The notes under the pieces: generated by a model
The model's database searches: none
Seen by the model: only the letters and a program-made list of their open reading frames with translations
What the model was told of the DNA's origin: nothing
Source of the DNA: Centruroides vittatus
Lineage: Eukaryota
DNA: 64,000 nucleotides
Reading direction: 5' to 3'
Assembly (NCBI RefSeq): GCF_030686945.1
Contig: NW_027122668.1
Location: 188,099-252,098 of the forward strand
Position numbers and translations under genes: made by a program
Shown: one piece after another, positions 61,405 through 64,000 of the stretch
How the letters are laid out: each line of letters starts with the position of its first letter
Numbering within the stretch: position 1 is the first letter of the stretch

Positions 61405-61959
61405 TTTTAGGCCGGAGACTTACTGTTGGGGTGAATCATATTCGTTATTGTAAACCGCGCTTTAGTTTGGCGCCATCTGTTTATTTGTTTTGCACGCCCG
61501 ACCATCGACAGACCGTCTCTTTATAACTTGAAACTTTGTCGGTCATTTATACATGTATATACAAAAGGTAAATTGTTTACAAACTAAGTCTTTGTTCATT
61601 GTCTAATAAATGTACACCTTTCTTGTCAATTGTTTACATTGGGTAGATGCTTTTTGTGTAAGATCCAAGTCGGATATACGTAAGATAACAAACGTTCTCG
61701 TTAATTTTATTCCCGCCTTTTGATTCGTTCACGGTCAAAGAAATCACCACACTTACCCAAGTCCGAAAGTAAGGTATATTTTTGTTTTGGAGGAGAGATG
61801 TCCGAGTGGCTAAGATGGCAAACTCTTGCTCTGGGGAATCCGTCTGATCCCCAGAGGAAGAATTTGCCATCTTAGCATTCTATTTTTTATAACTGGATAT
61901 TTTAAATTGCTTTTTGTTGTATTAAAATCGCCGTCCGGATATTTTGCTCTGCAACGAAT

Positions 61960-62070
61960 ACGAACGGATGGAAAAAGGAATTTTTCGGGGTGGTCCGGAT
62001 ATGTCGGACCGTGCCCTTCACCATCCAGCCGACCCCGTGATGCGCTTGCTAATAAGAAACGCTCTTAGTA
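61960..62070 (+). mobile_element. 5'-truncated SINE copy (body only) directly abutting the next full SINE
   Basis: 'gaatttttcggggtggtccggatatgtcggaccgtgcccttcaccatccagccgaccccgtgatgcgcttgctaataagaaacgctcttagtacagacagggg' matches the SINE body. Confidence 0.55.
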
Positions 62071-62323
62071 CAGACAGGGGCTGACTAGTGAATGGCTGAG
62101 CATCAAAGTAGCAGCCTATCTCTCTGAAGGACCCGGGTTCGAATCCGGACGGGTCGATAAATCTCCAGGAATTTTTCGGGGAGTGATCCGTCTGGATATG
62201 TTCGTGTCCCGTTCCTCATCACCCGACCACCCCATTGTGGTCCTGGCCGAACTCATGGTCTTGCTGAAAGAGGCCCTCATAATGCCCACAGGACGGAAAG
62301 GGTTTTTAATTTAAAAAAAAAAA
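62071..62323 (+). mobile_element. tRNA-derived SINE, full copy with A-rich tail
   Basis: Head '...gaatggctgagcatcaaagtagcagcctatctctctgaaggacccgggttcgaatccggacgggtcg', then the body, then 'ggacggaaagggtttttaatttaaaaaaaaaaa'. Confidence 0.65.
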
Positions 62324-63313
62324 TGCCAACAGGACAAAAGGAATTTGAAAAAATACTCGCCGAGAGGATAGATTTTTTTTTTTTAAATGCTAAAAATAAT
62401 TATTTTATTACATAAAATTTTAATTTATAACAAAAAGTTATCGATATAGACTTTTTAATATTTTATTAATTAATCCACAGGTAAATAACGTTTAAACCGG
62501 AAATTCGCAGATTATTGTTGAGTACGTGCACCATGTCTTTGATGGCAAATTAATTAATATTATTTATTTTGTTTTTCTTTTGTGATGCAAGTTTTACGAA
62601 CCGAAACTTACGATGTCTATGAACCCGACATGTGAATCGCACGAGCCCAAATTCCCGCGAGTAATGTCAAACTTTAATATTTGTACATTTTAAAACAGAG
62701 AAGTAATAACTGTACATAGTCATATACAGTATTTTGAAAACGAGATTGACTTTTCTACGAAATTTTAAAAAGTTTTCTTGTATTTTAGTCCTTGAATCAT
62801 GTTGAAACTTGTCACATTGTCTAGTGGGTAAACGTTACCTTCAGGTAAATTATGTATAAACACATACCTAAACATTTACCTAAAAGTAACTTTCACTGAT
62901 TGTCTTATAATGTGGATTTAAGTGCTTACTAGTAGGTGATGTGAAAAGAAATGCCTTCCACAAGTAAGTTGATTGATATTTTGATTTTTGGTTATTAAAT
63001 TGTACTAAAACATTTCAAAATTTTTTTAATTTTCTTTTATATATTGTTAAGATGCAGGTGTTTGCCATTTAATTATGGTAAAACAGTCTATTTACACCAC
63101 TGTCATGCTCTTAAATAAGGGGTGTGGTTATGTGCAGGGCTGTCAAGAGCTTTATGATGCCTGGGAATAGATTGGGGCCTTTTTTTTAATGAGTTTTGTG
63201 TGTAGAATGTTTCATTATTAATTAATAAAAAGCAGTCTTAAGTAATTTATTTTTCCAAGGATGTATCTAGAAATTTCTGAGTGTGGATCACCCACATTGC
63301 TGATTGTTTAGAC

Positions 63314-63545
63314 GGTTAATGTTACCCTAGGTATCGAGATAGCAGCTCGTCTCCGATCTCAGCAATCAGAAGACAGGGAACAGTGGGGACGCACATTCTA
63401 ACCTAACCTAACCTAACCTATTCTAATAAATTAGCATAATTATTAGAAAAGGTTAGGTTAGAATGTGCGTCCCCACTGTTCCCTGTCTTCTGATTGCTGG
63501 GGTCGGAGATGAGCTGCCATCTCGATACCTAGGGTAACATTAACC
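63314..63545. mobile_element. hAT-type palindromic MITE (232 bp), TIR GGTTAATGTTACCCTAGGTATCGAGAT, perfect 8-bp TSD GTTTAGAC, with internal (CCTAA)4 telomeric-type repeat
   Basis: 'gtttagac' lies at 63306-63313 and 63546-63553. The two halves are near-perfect reverse complements around an AT-rich loop. 'ctaacctaacctaacctaacc' is present in the left arm. Confidence 0.7.
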
Positions 63546-64000
63546 GTTTAGACCAAGGGTTGCCAAACTTTTTTGATCGTCGACCCCCTACAAGTTTTCG
63601 AAACCTCGCGTCGACCCCAACCAAAAAGTTTGTGTTACAAGCAAAACAAAGCACTTACTATTTTAATATATTTCTCTTTAATTTTGCATTTGTTTTTCAT
63701 TTATTGTATATTTGTTAATAATAATTTTTGTAACTGACAATCGGTGAGACGGATAAGCTTGATCCTTAGCTCCCCCTTATCCTTAGCCTAAGCTTGATAA
63801 TCGACCCCCTAATAATGTTATATCGACCACTTTGGTGACCCCTGGTTTAGACTGAACATATGAGTTGACTACTGTAAAAATGCAATTACGCAAGATCACT
63901 TACAACACATTATTGTGCCAAGAGCTGTCATATCATGCAATTGATAGACGTGATAATACTCAATTAAAAAGTCTGAACAAGTAAAGCATTAAATTTTATT

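Noticed and set aside
1-64000. Prokaryotic-style novel system (operon, defence island, CRISPR)
   Set aside because: The sequence is eukaryotic. It has spliceosomal introns with GT-AG and polypyrimidine tracts, arthropod telomeric motifs, SINEs, Penelope-like elements and hAT elements. There are no dense co-directional ORFs, no ribosome-binding-site-like spacing, and the long ORFs are all TE-derived.

Overview
This is eukaryotic DNA, not prokaryotic. It is AT-rich with islands of higher GC, has canonical GT-AG introns with polypyrimidine tracts, carries short arthropod-type telomeric (TTAGG/CCTAA)n tracts, and is saturated with transposable elements. I found no operon-like or defence-system-like architecture. 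The window looks like a TE-dense intergenic or intronic region of an arthropod-like genome with a few candidate host exons. Contents: (1) A 1.35-kb satellite array (63-bp higher-order unit made of two ~31-bp subunits), plus an isolated monomer 1.3 kb upstream. (2) At least eight hAT-type elements with 8-bp target-site duplications (TSDs). One is a near-complete 3.06-kb hAT with terminal inverted repeats (TIRs), a TSD and a frameshifted Charlie/GTF2IRD2-like transposase. There is a ZMYM1-like hAT transposase pseudogene, and several MITEs, one family of which carries an internal (CCTAA)4. (3) A 2.7-kb TIR-bounded DNA transposon whose intron-containing transposase-like gene, inactivated by one frameshift and one TGA, I cannot place in a named superfamily. 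(4) Two Penelope-like elements (reverse transcriptase plus GIY-YIG endonuclease). One has an intact 367-aa ORF, an upstream inverted partial copy and 49-bp perfect flanking direct repeats. (5) A PIF1/Helitron-type helicase pseudogene split by a perfect 45-bp hairpin. (6) tRNA-derived SINE copies. (7) A ~1.06-kb almost perfect spacer-less palindrome beside a degenerate telomeric-repeat tract and a CpG-rich island. (8) A long-TIR foldback element nested inside another repeat. (9) Candidate host exons: a P/H/S/T-rich low-complexity gene with TE-filled introns, and a possible nucleotide-sugar-transporter-like 5' exon. All calls rest on reading the sequence by eye. No database search was run, and the family names come from remembered motif patterns.
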